Assembly (NCBI GenBank): GCA_021808545.1
Contig: JAKBBM010000001.1
Span: 21,330-85,329, forward strand
Direction: 5' to 3'
Source of the DNA: Pseudomonadota bacterium
Lineage (GTDB): Bacteria > Pseudomonadota > Alphaproteobacteria > Acetobacterales > Acetobacteraceae
DNA length: 64,000 nucleotides
Below, piece after piece: positions 41,394 through 49,796 of the stretch. Position 1 is the stretch's first letter; each line of letters starts with the position of its first letter. Under the pieces are notes generated by a model that did no database searches, was not told the origin of the DNA, and worked only from the letters and a program-made list of their open reading frames with translations. Both the position numbers and the translations under genes were made by a program.

Positions 41394-42350
41394 TCACCCC
41401 GCGCCGATGAGCACGCCCGTGGCGAAGACGAGCGCACCGCCAAGGGCAACCTGCAGGGTCGCGCGCAGGGGCGAAGTATCCATATAGCGCCAGCGGATCC
41501 AGGAGATTATGCCCAGCTCCACGGCCACCACGCAGAAGGCGACGATGAGCGCCATGCGCAGGTTGGGGATAAGGAAGGGTAATGTATGGCCAAGCCCGCC
41601 CAGCGTGGTCATCAGCCCGGTCACGATGCCGCGTATATAAGGCGTGCCGCGCCCGGTCAGGCTGCCATCGTCCGACAGGGCCTCGGCGAAACCCATGGAA
41701 ATACCCGCCCCCAGCGACGCGGCGGCGCCGACCAGAAAGGCGTCGAACGGCCGGCCGGTGGAAAAGGCGGCGGCGAAAATCGGCGCCAGGGTCGAGACCG
41801 AGCCATCCATGAGCCCCACCAGCCCGGGCTGGATATATTGCAGCATGAACAGGCGCTCAGCATGCTTGTCTTCGTGCAGGCGGATATCGGCGGTCAGGTT
41901 TTTGCTCGAGAGTTCATCCGCGCGGACCTCGTGCTCTTGCTCGGCCTCGGCCAGATCGCCGAGTAATTTGCGGATCGATACATCCGTGGTGCGCGAAGCG
42001 GCCAGGCGGTAAAACCGCTTGGTCTCGGTCTCCATGCTTTCGGCGAGATTGCGCACTTCCTCAATGCTGGGCGAAGGCAATTGCCAGACCGGCTTACGCT
42101 TCAGAAAGCCGCGTACATCCTGGCGGCGGATCAAGGGAATGTGATCGCCGAATTTCTCGCGATACAAATCGAGCAGGCGGCGGCGATGATCGCCCTCTTC
42201 TTGCGCCATTTCGGTAAAGATCTGCGCGGAGGCGGGAAATTCCTCACGCAGACGCTCGGCCAGATCGTTGTAGATGCGGCCATCCTCTTCCTCGGCGCCA
42301 ATGGCCAGGGCCAGAACTTCGCGCTCGGAGAGTTGAGAAAAATCGCGCAC
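41394..42350 (-). CDS. mbfA: Iron exporter MbfA (rubrerythrin-like ferritin domain + VIT1/CCC1 membrane domain)
   Basis: [65 protein letters not shown] start 42350 preferred; alternative ATG 42380. Confidence 0.9.
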   Translation of the reverse strand: MRDFSQLSEREVLALAIGAEEEDGRIYNDLAERLREEFPASAQIFTEMAQEEGDHRRRLLDLYREKFGDHIPLIRRQDVRGFLKRKPVWQLPSPSIEEVRNLAESMETETKRFYRLAASRTTDVSIRKLLGDLAEAEQEHEVRADELSSKNLTADIRLHEDKHAERLFMLQYIQPGLVGLMDGSVSTLAPIFAAAFSTGRPFDAFLVGAAASLGAGISMGFAEALSDDGSLTGRGTPYIRGIVTGLMTTLGGLGHTLPFLIPNLRMALIVAFCVVAVELGIISWIRWRYMDTSPLRATLQVALGGALVFATGVLIGAG

Positions 42351-42536
42351 TGTCAAAACTCCTTGGATTTCAGCAGCCATGTGGCGCGCGCAACCATTTT
42401 GGTCAAGCCGACTATATCTTTATAAGAATGATTTTCAAATGCATTTAGCGTGGCGCTTGCGGCGTTGCCGGCAAACGCAAAGATTGTATTATGCGTGAGA
42501 AAACCACTTTAAAATGCACCAGCAAGGGGGCTTGGA

Positions 42537-44369
42537 TTGACGATTGGCTTATGCTCATGCGGAAGCGGTCTACGAGCCGTGCGCTGTTGCGAGATGGCCG
42601 AACAGGCATGGCCGCTGCAGGATCATACCGTTTTACTGGATGATCAGGCGGCCGCGGCCACGAAATATTTCAACGAAAAGAAATATGCCGAGGCCGAGGC
42701 GCTGGCGCTGAAAATCCTCGATCTCGCGCCGAATCAACGCATGGCGCTGCGCGTGCTGTATGAAGTGCGCAAGGCGCAAAATCAGGTGCCGGCGGCATTG
42801 GCGCTGGCCCGGCGCTTGGCGGCATTGCCGGGGGGCGCGCCGCAGCGTGCCGCCGCCCATGCGCAGCTGGCGCATTATCTGGTGGGGCTTGGCCGCCATG
42901 CGGAGGCTTTGCCAGCGGCGGCGGCGGCGCTGAAGGCAACCCCGCGCGATGCCACGGCCCAGCATGTGATGGGTGTGGTATTGACTGAGACTGGGGATTT
43001 CCTGGCTGGCGAGCGGCATTACCGCCAAGCCTTGGCCCGGCTGGGGCGGGAAGACGGGTTGGTGCTGGCGAATCTGGCCTGGAATCTGAAGCAGCAAGGG
43101 CGGCTGGCGGAAGCCAAGACGCTGTATGACCAAGCCCTGGCTCTGCGGGGCGATAATCCACGCGGCATTGGCGGGGCGGCACAGGTGGCGTTCGCACGCG
43201 GTGAGCGGGCGCGTGCCGAGGCCCTGCTAGACGATGCGCTGCGTCGCTGGCCCGAAGACCGCCCATTGCGGCTGCTGCGCGCATTGGCGGATTTGGCGCA
43301 GGACCGAGCGCAAGCGGTGCTGGACCGGCTGAGCCCGGTGGAGAGACTGATCGCGCCGGAATTTCTGGCGCGCGGCCAAGCACAGGACCGGCTGGGCCAG
43401 TTGCGGGAGGCGGTAACCAGCTTTGCCACGGCGCGGCGGATACAGCGCGAGCGCGCCGGGCTGACCTACCAACCCGCGCCGCTCACCGCGCGGGCGGCGG
43501 CTTATCAATCTTACTTCACCGCCGATCGTGTGCAGCCCTTGCCGCGCGCGGCAGCCGGGCCGTTCACGCCGGTATTTCTGCTTGGCTTTGCGCGTGCCGG
43601 CACCGGGTTGCTGGAGCAGCTTTTGGCGCAGGTGCCCGGCTTTGCCGTGGGCGATGCGGCCGGATCGTTTGAGGGTTTGGCGGATGCCGTGCCGCGTCTG
43701 GCCGCAAGCGAACACCCCTACCCAGAGGCGCTGGATGATCTGCTGGTGGGCGACAACCAGCAACTGCCTGAACAGCTGCGCCAAATGTATGAGGAACAGC
43801 GCGCCCGGCTTGGCCTGCTGCGCCCCTATATACGCTTCATCACCGACAGGGCGGTCGGCAATGCCTGGCATCTCGGGTTGATCAATCTGTTGTATCCCGA
43901 AGCGCCCATCATCCATGTGCTGCGCCACCCGTATGATCTGATGCTCGCTAACATCGCCCAGGACCGCAAGTTGGAAGGCAACGCCCATGCCGGCCTGCCG
44001 GCGCTGGCCCATTATTACGGGCTGCATGCGGAAATGATCCGCCATTATCGCGGCCAGCTCACGCTGCGTTATCTGCCCGTGCGGTATGAGGATCTGGTGG
44101 CCGACCCGGCGGCGGTGCTGGCCGAAATTCTGGCTTTTATCGGCGGCACAGCCCCTGTGCCCGCGGCCGAGATTTTGCGCGCGAATGCGGGGCCGCTGCC
44201 CGAGCCGCAGCCCGCGCATTTCATTTTCCGCGAGCCGGTGCATACGCGCGCCGCGGGGCGGTATCGGGCCTATTTGGCCGCCATGCCACAGCTTTTCGCC
44301 GAGGTGCAGGCTGAACTCGCCCCCTGGATCGAGCGCTTGGGCTACACGGTTGAGGAGGCGAGGGCATGA
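42537..44369 (+). CDS. SEC-C motif + TPR + sulfotransferase-family protein
   Basis: TTG start after AAGGGGG; CSCGSGLRAVRCC; several TPR-like helical repeats; PVFLLGFARAGTGLLEQLL; LINLLYPEAPIIHVLRHPYD; VRYEDLVADP. Confidence 0.85.
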   Translation: MTIGLCSCGSGLRAVRCCEMAEQAWPLQDHTVLLDDQAAAATKYFNEKKYAEAEALALKILDLAPNQRMALRVLYEVRKAQNQVPAALALARRLAALPGGAPQRAAAHAQLAHYLVGLGRHAEALPAAAAALKATPRDATAQHVMGVVLTETGDFLAGERHYRQALARLGREDGLVLANLAWNLKQQGRLAEAKTLYDQALALRGDNPRGIGGAAQVAFARGERARAEALLDDALRRWPEDRPLRLLRALADLAQDRAQAVLDRLSPVERLIAPEFLARGQAQDRLGQLREAVTSFATARRIQRERAGLTYQPAPLTARAAAYQSYFTADRVQPLPRAAAGPFTPVFLLGFARAGTGLLEQLLAQVPGFAVGDAAGSFEGLADAVPRLAASEHPYPEALDDLLVGDNQQLPEQLRQMYEEQRARLGLLRPYIRFITDRAVGNAWHLGLINLLYPEAPIIHVLRHPYDLMLANIAQDRKLEGNAHAGLPALAHYYGLHAEMIRHYRGQLTLRYLPVRYEDLVADPAAVLAEILAFIGGTAPVPAAEILRANAGPLPEPQPAHFIFREPVHTRAAGRYRAYLAAMPQLFAEVQAELAPWIERLGYTVEEARA

Positions 44370-45739
44370 GCGACGCACAGGCAGCGGGTAAGCAGGTGGT
44401 GCCGCTTGCGGTGGCGCTGGAGAAGTTGAGCCGTCTGGAGCAGGAGAACAAGCTGGCAGAGGCGGATGATCTGGCCAACCGCATGCTGGAGGCGATGCCC
44501 AAACATCCGCATATCCTGCATCTGGCGGGGATCATCGCCTACCGCAACGGGCGTATCGCCCAGGCGGTTGAGCGTATGGAGACCGCGCAGGCGCTGGCGC
44601 CGGATGTTGCTCTTTATCCGCGCAATATGTGTGAGGTGTATCGCGGCGCGGGCCAGTTGGACGATGCGCTGCGCGCGGGGCGGCGCGCGGTAGAATTGGC
44701 GCCAAATGAAGCCCGTGCGCATTTCAACTTGGCGCTGATTCATTATGAGCGTCTGGAGCTGGACGAGGCCGTGCGCGTGGCTGAGCGCGCCATAGAGCTT
44801 GATCCCGAATTCGCCGAGGCGCATTTTGAGAAGGCCGAGGCGCAGCTGCTCGCGGGCCGGATGAAAGACGGCTGGGAGAGCTATGAATGGCGCTTTCGGC
44901 TGAAACAGGCCGAGGGCATGCTGCCCAAGACCGACAAGCCGCAATGGGATGGCGCGCCTCTGCCGCCTGGGCGGCTGTTGATCATCGGCGATCAGGGGTT
45001 TGGCGACTGCATCCAGTTTAGCCGGCTGATCCCGTGGGTGGCGTCGCTCTGTCCGCAACCTGTACTGGCCTGTTCGGGTGAGCTCACGCCGATTCTCAGG
45101 CAGATTCCAGGGGTGGGGCGGATGGTCACACGCTGGGAGGATACGGGTGATTACGATGTCTATATCCCGCTCTCGGGTTTGCCGCGCCTGGCCGGAATCG
45201 ACACGGACAATGTGCCGCCGGCTGGCTATCTTACGCCCGATCCGGCCCTGGTGGAACAATGGGGCGCGCGGTTGAACCGGCTGCTGCCAGAAGGCAAGAA
45301 GCGCATTGGCCTGGTTTGGGCTGGGCGGCCCACCCATAAGAATGACAAGAAGCGCACGCTCAAACTGGCCCAGTTCGCGCCTTTGTTTGCGCGCGATGAT
45401 GTTGTGATCGTGACCGTGCAGAAGGGTGAGCAGATTGCCCAGGTCGGCGATTATTACGCCCACGCGCCGCTGATCAATCTCGGCCCCGAAATTGGCGATT
45501 TTCTCGATACCATGGCGATTCTGAAGAATATCGACCATCTGGTGACGATCGACACCTCGGTCGTGCATCTGGCGGGGGCTATTGGCGTGTCGGCTTCGCT
45601 GGTGCTGCCCTACGCGCCAGATTGGCGCTGGCTTCTGGGGCGTGAGGATTCACCCTGGTATCCCTCGGTTCGGCTTTACCGGCAGGATAAACCCTATGAT
45701 TGGAGCGGGGTGATCGAGCGCGTGGCCGCAGCGCTTTAG
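44366..45739 (+). CDS. TPR + GT-B (family 9-like) glycosyltransferase
   Basis: N-terminal TPRs (HPHILHLAG, EARAHFNLA, FAEAHFEKA); QWDG.PL, GDQGFGDCIQFSR, IGLVWAG.P.H.ND, D.LVTIDTSVVHLAGA.G, WRWL..R.DSPWYP; ATGA overlap. Confidence 0.88.
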   Translation: MSDAQAAGKQVVPLAVALEKLSRLEQENKLAEADDLANRMLEAMPKHPHILHLAGIIAYRNGRIAQAVERMETAQALAPDVALYPRNMCEVYRGAGQLDDALRAGRRAVELAPNEARAHFNLALIHYERLELDEAVRVAERAIELDPEFAEAHFEKAEAQLLAGRMKDGWESYEWRFRLKQAEGMLPKTDKPQWDGAPLPPGRLLIIGDQGFGDCIQFSRLIPWVASLCPQPVLACSGELTPILRQIPGVGRMVTRWEDTGDYDVYIPLSGLPRLAGIDTDNVPPAGYLTPDPALVEQWGARLNRLLPEGKKRIGLVWAGRPTHKNDKKRTLKLAQFAPLFARDDVVIVTVQKGEQIAQVGDYYAHAPLINLGPEIGDFLDTMAILKNIDHLVTIDTSVVHLAGAIGVSASLVLPYAPDWRWLLGREDSPWYPSVRLYRQDKPYDWSGVIERVAAAL

Positions 45740-45842
45740 AGCCTTTAGCTTTTAGCTCAAGGCTCTCGCTTTATGTTTGAACGAGCAATTTCATGCGGTT
45801 AGCTTGTCCCTTGAGGGTCAACCTAAACGCATATTGCTCTAG
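45737..45842. mobile_element. ~105-bp double-hairpin MITE-like palindromic element
   Basis: Terminal inverted TAGAGC...GCTCTA; hairpin 1 at 45738-45766; central TTTGAA spacer; hairpin 2 at 45783-45839. Its first TAG is the stop codon of the upstream gene. Confidence 0.65.
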
Positions 45843-45849
45843 GGCTGGC

Positions 45850-46047
45850 TCAGCCGAAATGACGCGGCTGGGTCAGGCTTGATGTATGGGTGGCGAACAG
45901 GTTTTGCACGGCATTCACCGCTACATCGGAGGTTTGGGTGATTAGCGTCTCGGCCGATAAGGTGGCCCGGTGCAGCGACCATCCATAAGTCTGCACATAG
46001 GCCAGCAGGGGAGAGATCAGGATGAATGTCCAGATGAGCCTGCGCAT
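45850..46047 (-). CDS. Small hypothetical protein with N-terminal hydrophobic segment
   Basis: GGAG SD before ATG; MRRLIWTFILISPLLAYV leader; fills an otherwise empty gap. Confidence 0.5.
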   Translation of the reverse strand: MRRLIWTFILISPLLAYVQTYGWSLHRATLSAETLITQTSDVAVNAVQNLFATHTSSLTQPRHFG

Positions 46048-46194
46048 GTGGGACTCCGGGTGAATGATACGATTCTAAGATGGCGCATCGATGCGCCGGT
46101 TTTGTGACGCACTCAGGTTGGAAATGTTAAGAAAGATTTCCGCCGCGCGGGGGCTTGCCGGAGGCGGCCGCATGCCCCCTCCGGCGCATGGGTC

Positions 46195-46431
46195 TTAGTT
46201 CTTCTTGGCGGTCTCGGCCTTCTTGGCGGCCTTATGCTCAACCTTCTTATGCTCAACCTTCTTATGCACGATTTTCTTGTGCGCGGCCGGCTTCACTTCC
46301 TTGGTCGCCTTGGCGGGGGCGGACATGGTGGCGGCGGGCTTGGCCGGCGCTTGCATGGTGTTGGTCTGGGCCAGGGCCGGGGCGGCCAGGGCAGCCGTGG
46401 TAACGGCAGTCAGAATGATACGACGAATCAT
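46195..46431 (-). CDS. Small secreted Lys/His/Ala-rich protein (Asr-like acid-shock protein)
   Basis: Signal peptide MIRRIILTAVTTAALAAPALA; tail HKKIVHKKVEHKKVEHKAAKKAETAKKN; SD GGGAAG. Confidence 0.8.
   Translation of the reverse strand: MIRRIILTAVTTAALAAPALAQTNTMQAPAKPAATMSAPAKATKEVKPAAHKKIVHKKVEHKKVEHKAAKKAETAKKN
46231..46275. repeat. 15-bp tandem repeat encoding HKKxx units
   Basis: CTTATGCTCAACCTT x2 followed by the variant CTTATGCACGATTTT. Confidence 0.85.
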
Positions 46432-46655
46432 GGTCTTCCCTGTTTGTTCAGCGGCGGCACAGTGCCGTCGCAGACCAGAACAGAGCCCGGATTTTATGTC
46501 CAAATTGGGGCGCAGGGGAGCGGCGTGTCCGCCTTATAAGTAACAAATCTTTTCATCCTCCGTATTGTTTCTGAGAGGTAAAAAAACAGCATGCACGCGC
46601 GGGCCGCGTGGTTGCGGAGATGAATTTTAAAGGGGCGGGGGTGGCTTGGCCAAAT

Positions 46656-46729
46656 TGGAGGTCCGGGCGGGAATCGAACCCACATTCGCGGATTTGCAGT
46701 CCGCTGCATCACCACTCTGCCACCGGACC
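46656..46729 (-). tRNA. tRNA-Cys(GCA)
   Basis: Reverse complement GGTCCGG-TGGCAGAGTGGTGATGC-AGCGGA-CTGCAAA-TCCGC...GGTTCGATTCCC..CCGGACC-T-CCA; 74 nt. Confidence 0.97.
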
Positions 46730-46865
46730 GTGGGGTGAGGGCCCCTATATCCCCGGCGCGGCCGTGCCGGTCAAGTCATCCGCGGATGCTTTTCGCGCGC
46801 GCAGTTGAGTTATCTGCCACCGGGCCGCTATAAAGGTGCTAGATCAGCGAGACAGAAGGGGTTTC

Positions 46866-47522
46866 ATGCCAGATCAGACCGCCCGGAACATTGCGCGCGA
46901 CCATATGGTGGATTCCCAGGTCCGCGCCGACCACGTGCATGATACGCGGATCATCGCCGCGATGCGGGCGCTGCCGCGGGAGGATTTCGCACCGCCGGGC
47001 GGCCTAGTCTATGCCGATGCCGACCTGCCGCTGGGCCAGGGGCGCTATCTGCTTAAACCGGCGCTTGCGGCGCGCCTGGCCCAGCTGGTTCTGGCGGGCA
47101 TGCCGGCTCATGTGCTGGTGGTGGGGGCTGGCAGCGGGTATCTGGCCGCGGTTTTGGCCGCGGCGGGGGTGCATGTGGTGGCGCTGGAGGAAGAACGCCG
47201 CCTGGATACGGGCGCGCTCGCGCGCCACGCCCCGCAGGTTGAGGCCGCACACGGCCCGCTTGCCGCCGGCTGGCCGGCCAGCGGCCCGTATGACGCGATT
47301 GTGATCGAGGGGGCCGTGCCCGAGATTCCGCCGCAATTCGCCGCCCAGCTCACGCCGGGTGGGCGTGTTATCACGATTTTAGCCGAATCCGGTGAGAATG
47401 GCGGCCTGGGCCGCGCCGCCACCGCCGCCGCGGTGGAAGGCGGTTTTGCCGTGGTCATGGCGTTTGATTGTACATCCCGGCCGCTGCCGCAATTTAGCCG
47501 CGCCCCAGCCTTCAGCTTTTGA
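46866..47522 (+). CDS. pcm: Protein-L-isoaspartate O-methyltransferase family
   Basis: ARDHMVDSQVR, AMRALPREDF, VLVVGAGSGYLAA, GPYDAIVIEGAV, QLTPGGR. Confidence 0.9.
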   Translation: MPDQTARNIARDHMVDSQVRADHVHDTRIIAAMRALPREDFAPPGGLVYADADLPLGQGRYLLKPALAARLAQLVLAGMPAHVLVVGAGSGYLAAVLAAAGVHVVALEEERRLDTGALARHAPQVEAAHGPLAAGWPASGPYDAIVIEGAVPEIPPQFAAQLTPGGRVITILAESGENGGLGRAATAAAVEGGFAVVMAFDCTSRPLPQFSRAPAFSF

Positions 47523-47524
47523 CT

Positions 47525-49018
47525 ATGAGTGGAAATTCATCCATGCGCCGCATTTTATTCGTTGGCACCGCCGGCATTGCTACTTTGTCAGCCCTGCCTG
47601 CCCTGGCCAGCCGCCCGGCAACGCTCACCCAGGCTTTGGTCTTGGCCTATTACAATAATGCCACCTTGCAGCAGCAGCGCGCGGCTCTGCGCCAAGCCGA
47701 TGAGGGGGTGCCGGCGGCGCTGTCGGGCTGGCGCCCAACCGTTGAGCTAAGCGGCGAGATTGGCCATCTCTATGGCCGGGAAACCACGCCGATCTATAGC
47801 GGTAGCCCGCTCACCACGAAAATCGGCCAGACCCGGACCGAAACGGTTGGCCAGGCCACGATCACCGAGCCGCTCTATAAAGGCGGTAAGACCATCGCCT
47901 CCACCCGCCAGGCGAAGAATAGTGTTTATGCCGCGCGCGCGCAGCTGCTGGCGCAAGAGCAGACGGTGTTCCAGAATGTCGTGCAGGCCTATGTCACGGT
48001 CATGACGGACCGGCGCATCCTGGAGCTGGACCGCAGCAATGAGCAGGTGTTGCAACAGCAACTGCATGACACCAAGGCGCAGTTTGGCGTTGGCGAGATC
48101 ACCATGACTTCGGTGGCTCAGGCCCAGGCCTCGCTGTCTCAGGCGCAGGCGGCCGTGGAGGTGGCACAAGGCAATGTGCGCATCGCGCGGGAGAATTTCC
48201 GCCAACTCGTGGGCGAGGAGCCGGCAGATAAGCTGGCGCCGCCACAACCATTGGCACTGCCGGTTGACAGTAAAGACGCCGCCGCCAAGGCGGCCTTGCG
48301 CAATAATCCCAATGTGATCGCGGCCGAATTCACCGACGCCGCCGCCAAGGATGCGGTCGATGTCGCGTTTTCCGCGCTGATGCCGCAAGTCTCCGTGCAG
48401 GCTTCGGCCTATAGCGAGGACGGCCAGGCCGGGCCGCATACCAAGCTGACCGGCGGCTCGGTGATCGGGCAATTGACGGTGCCGCTTTATCAGGGCGGGC
48501 AAGAATATGCGACCATACGCCAGGCACGCGCCAAGGAACAGCAGGATTTTGGCGGGATTTTACAGGCGCAGCGCACCGCTTATGCCAACGCGACCCAGGC
48601 ATGGGAAGGCTTGCGCGCGGCGCGCGCGGCGATTGTCTCGACCAATGAGGCGATCAAGGCCAATGCCATTGCCCTGGATGGCACCGAGCGCGAGGAACTG
48701 GTGGGTACGCGGACCACGCTTGATGTGTTGAACGCGCAACAAGCCCTGCTGAACGCCCAGGTACAGCAGGTACAAAACATTTCGACAATGGTTACAAATT
48801 CGTATAATGTGGCAGCGGCCATAGGCCGGTTGACGGCGCGGGATCTTGGGTTGCCTGTGCATGAATATGACGACAAAAAATATTACGAGGCCGTCAAATA
48901 TGCCGGATTCGGTACGGGTGAGGCCGCGGATGAAGCGGCTGGTATTGCCAGCGATGGTGCCTTGCTCGATGCAAGCGCTGTGTCTGGCGCAGCGGGGAGC
49001 AGCGCGTCTGGCCCCTGA
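47525..49018 (+). CDS. tolC: TolC family outer membrane efflux protein
   Basis: TLTQALVLAYYNN.TL, PLYKGG, PLYQGG, EELVGTRTTLDVLNAQQ; located in the pcm-tolC-popZ-valS context. Confidence 0.92.
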   Translation: MSGNSSMRRILFVGTAGIATLSALPALASRPATLTQALVLAYYNNATLQQQRAALRQADEGVPAALSGWRPTVELSGEIGHLYGRETTPIYSGSPLTTKIGQTRTETVGQATITEPLYKGGKTIASTRQAKNSVYAARAQLLAQEQTVFQNVVQAYVTVMTDRRILELDRSNEQVLQQQLHDTKAQFGVGEITMTSVAQAQASLSQAQAAVEVAQGNVRIARENFRQLVGEEPADKLAPPQPLALPVDSKDAAAKAALRNNPNVIAAEFTDAAAKDAVDVAFSALMPQVSVQASAYSEDGQAGPHTKLTGGSVIGQLTVPLYQGGQEYATIRQARAKEQQDFGGILQAQRTAYANATQAWEGLRAARAAIVSTNEAIKANAIALDGTEREELVGTRTTLDVLNAQQALLNAQVQQVQNISTMVTNSYNVAAAIGRLTARDLGLPVHEYDDKKYYEAVKYAGFGTGEAADEAAGIASDGALLDASAVSGAAGSSASGP

Positions 49019-49030
49019 AAGGAGGCGGAT

Positions 49031-49714
49031 ATGAGCGACGATAAAAAAATTTCCAATCAATCGGGCCCCGCCAGTGCGGCGGAACCTTCCATGGAGGAAA
49101 TTCTCGCCTCGATCCGCCAGATCCTGATGGAAGAGGAAAATGAGCGCGCCGCCACCGCAACGGACGATGCGGATGAGGATGAGGATGAGGATGAGGATGA
49201 GGATGAGGTGGTGCTGGGGCCAGGCATGCAGGCCCCCCGGCATGATGATCTGCCTGGTTTTTCCCAGCCGCCTCCGCCCGCGCCAGATTCCGCAATCACA
49301 CCCGAGTCAGCCCATTTCAGCCCGGAATCCAGGCTTGAGATGGAACGCGGATATAGTGAGGCGGATGATGGGTTAGAGACTTATATCCCCGCCGCCATGG
49401 TTGATCCCAATTCGCAACAGCTTCATTCTTCCCAGCCGCTGAAAAAGGAAAACGAGATGGACGATCAGGTACAATCCCCGGAAGGTCTGGTCAGTGAGCA
49501 GGCGGCCCAGGAAATCGCGAGCAAGGTTGGCTCCTTGGTACGCAGTGTCAGCGCCGAGCGCGCGGTCATGGTGGGCCGTGGCGGCATCACCATCGAGGAT
49601 TTGATTCGCGAGGAAGTTAGGCCTGTGCTGAAAGCTTGGCTGGACACGCATTTGCCGAGCCTGGTGGAGCGCGTGGTCCGCGCCGAGATTGGCCGTGTAA
49701 TCGACCGTATGTAA
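49031..49714 (+). CDS. popZ: Polar organizing protein PopZ-like (DUF2497)
   Basis: EPSMEEILASIRQIL helix 1; acidic Pro-rich linker; TIEDLIREEVRPVLKAWLDTHLPSLVERVVRAEI. Confidence 0.92.
   Translation: MSDDKKISNQSGPASAAEPSMEEILASIRQILMEEENERAATATDDADEDEDEDEDEDEVVLGPGMQAPRHDDLPGFSQPPPPAPDSAITPESAHFSPESRLEMERGYSEADDGLETYIPAAMVDPNSQQLHSSQPLKKENEMDDQVQSPEGLVSEQAAQEIASKVGSLVRSVSAERAVMVGRGGITIEDLIREEVRPVLKAWLDTHLPSLVERVVRAEIGRVIDRM
49172..49207 (+). repeat. Perfect hexanucleotide tandem repeat (GATGAG)x6, in frame, encoding (DE)6
   Basis: Directly visible in the sequence. Confidence 0.97.
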
Positions 49715-49796
49715 TTCATCCCCGGCGCGGCTTAAGCGCGGCGCCTTTTCGCTCCCTTGCAAAGCGCGCCCGGCAGATCAGGGCGCGGAGGTTTAC

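Noticed and set aside
46494-46808. ORFs overlapping tRNA-Cys
   Set aside because: Translations of tRNA sequence.
48894-49376. ORFs with (PH)n, (MR)n or (S)n tracts
   Set aside because: Other-frame readings of the (GATGAG)6 repeat in popZ.
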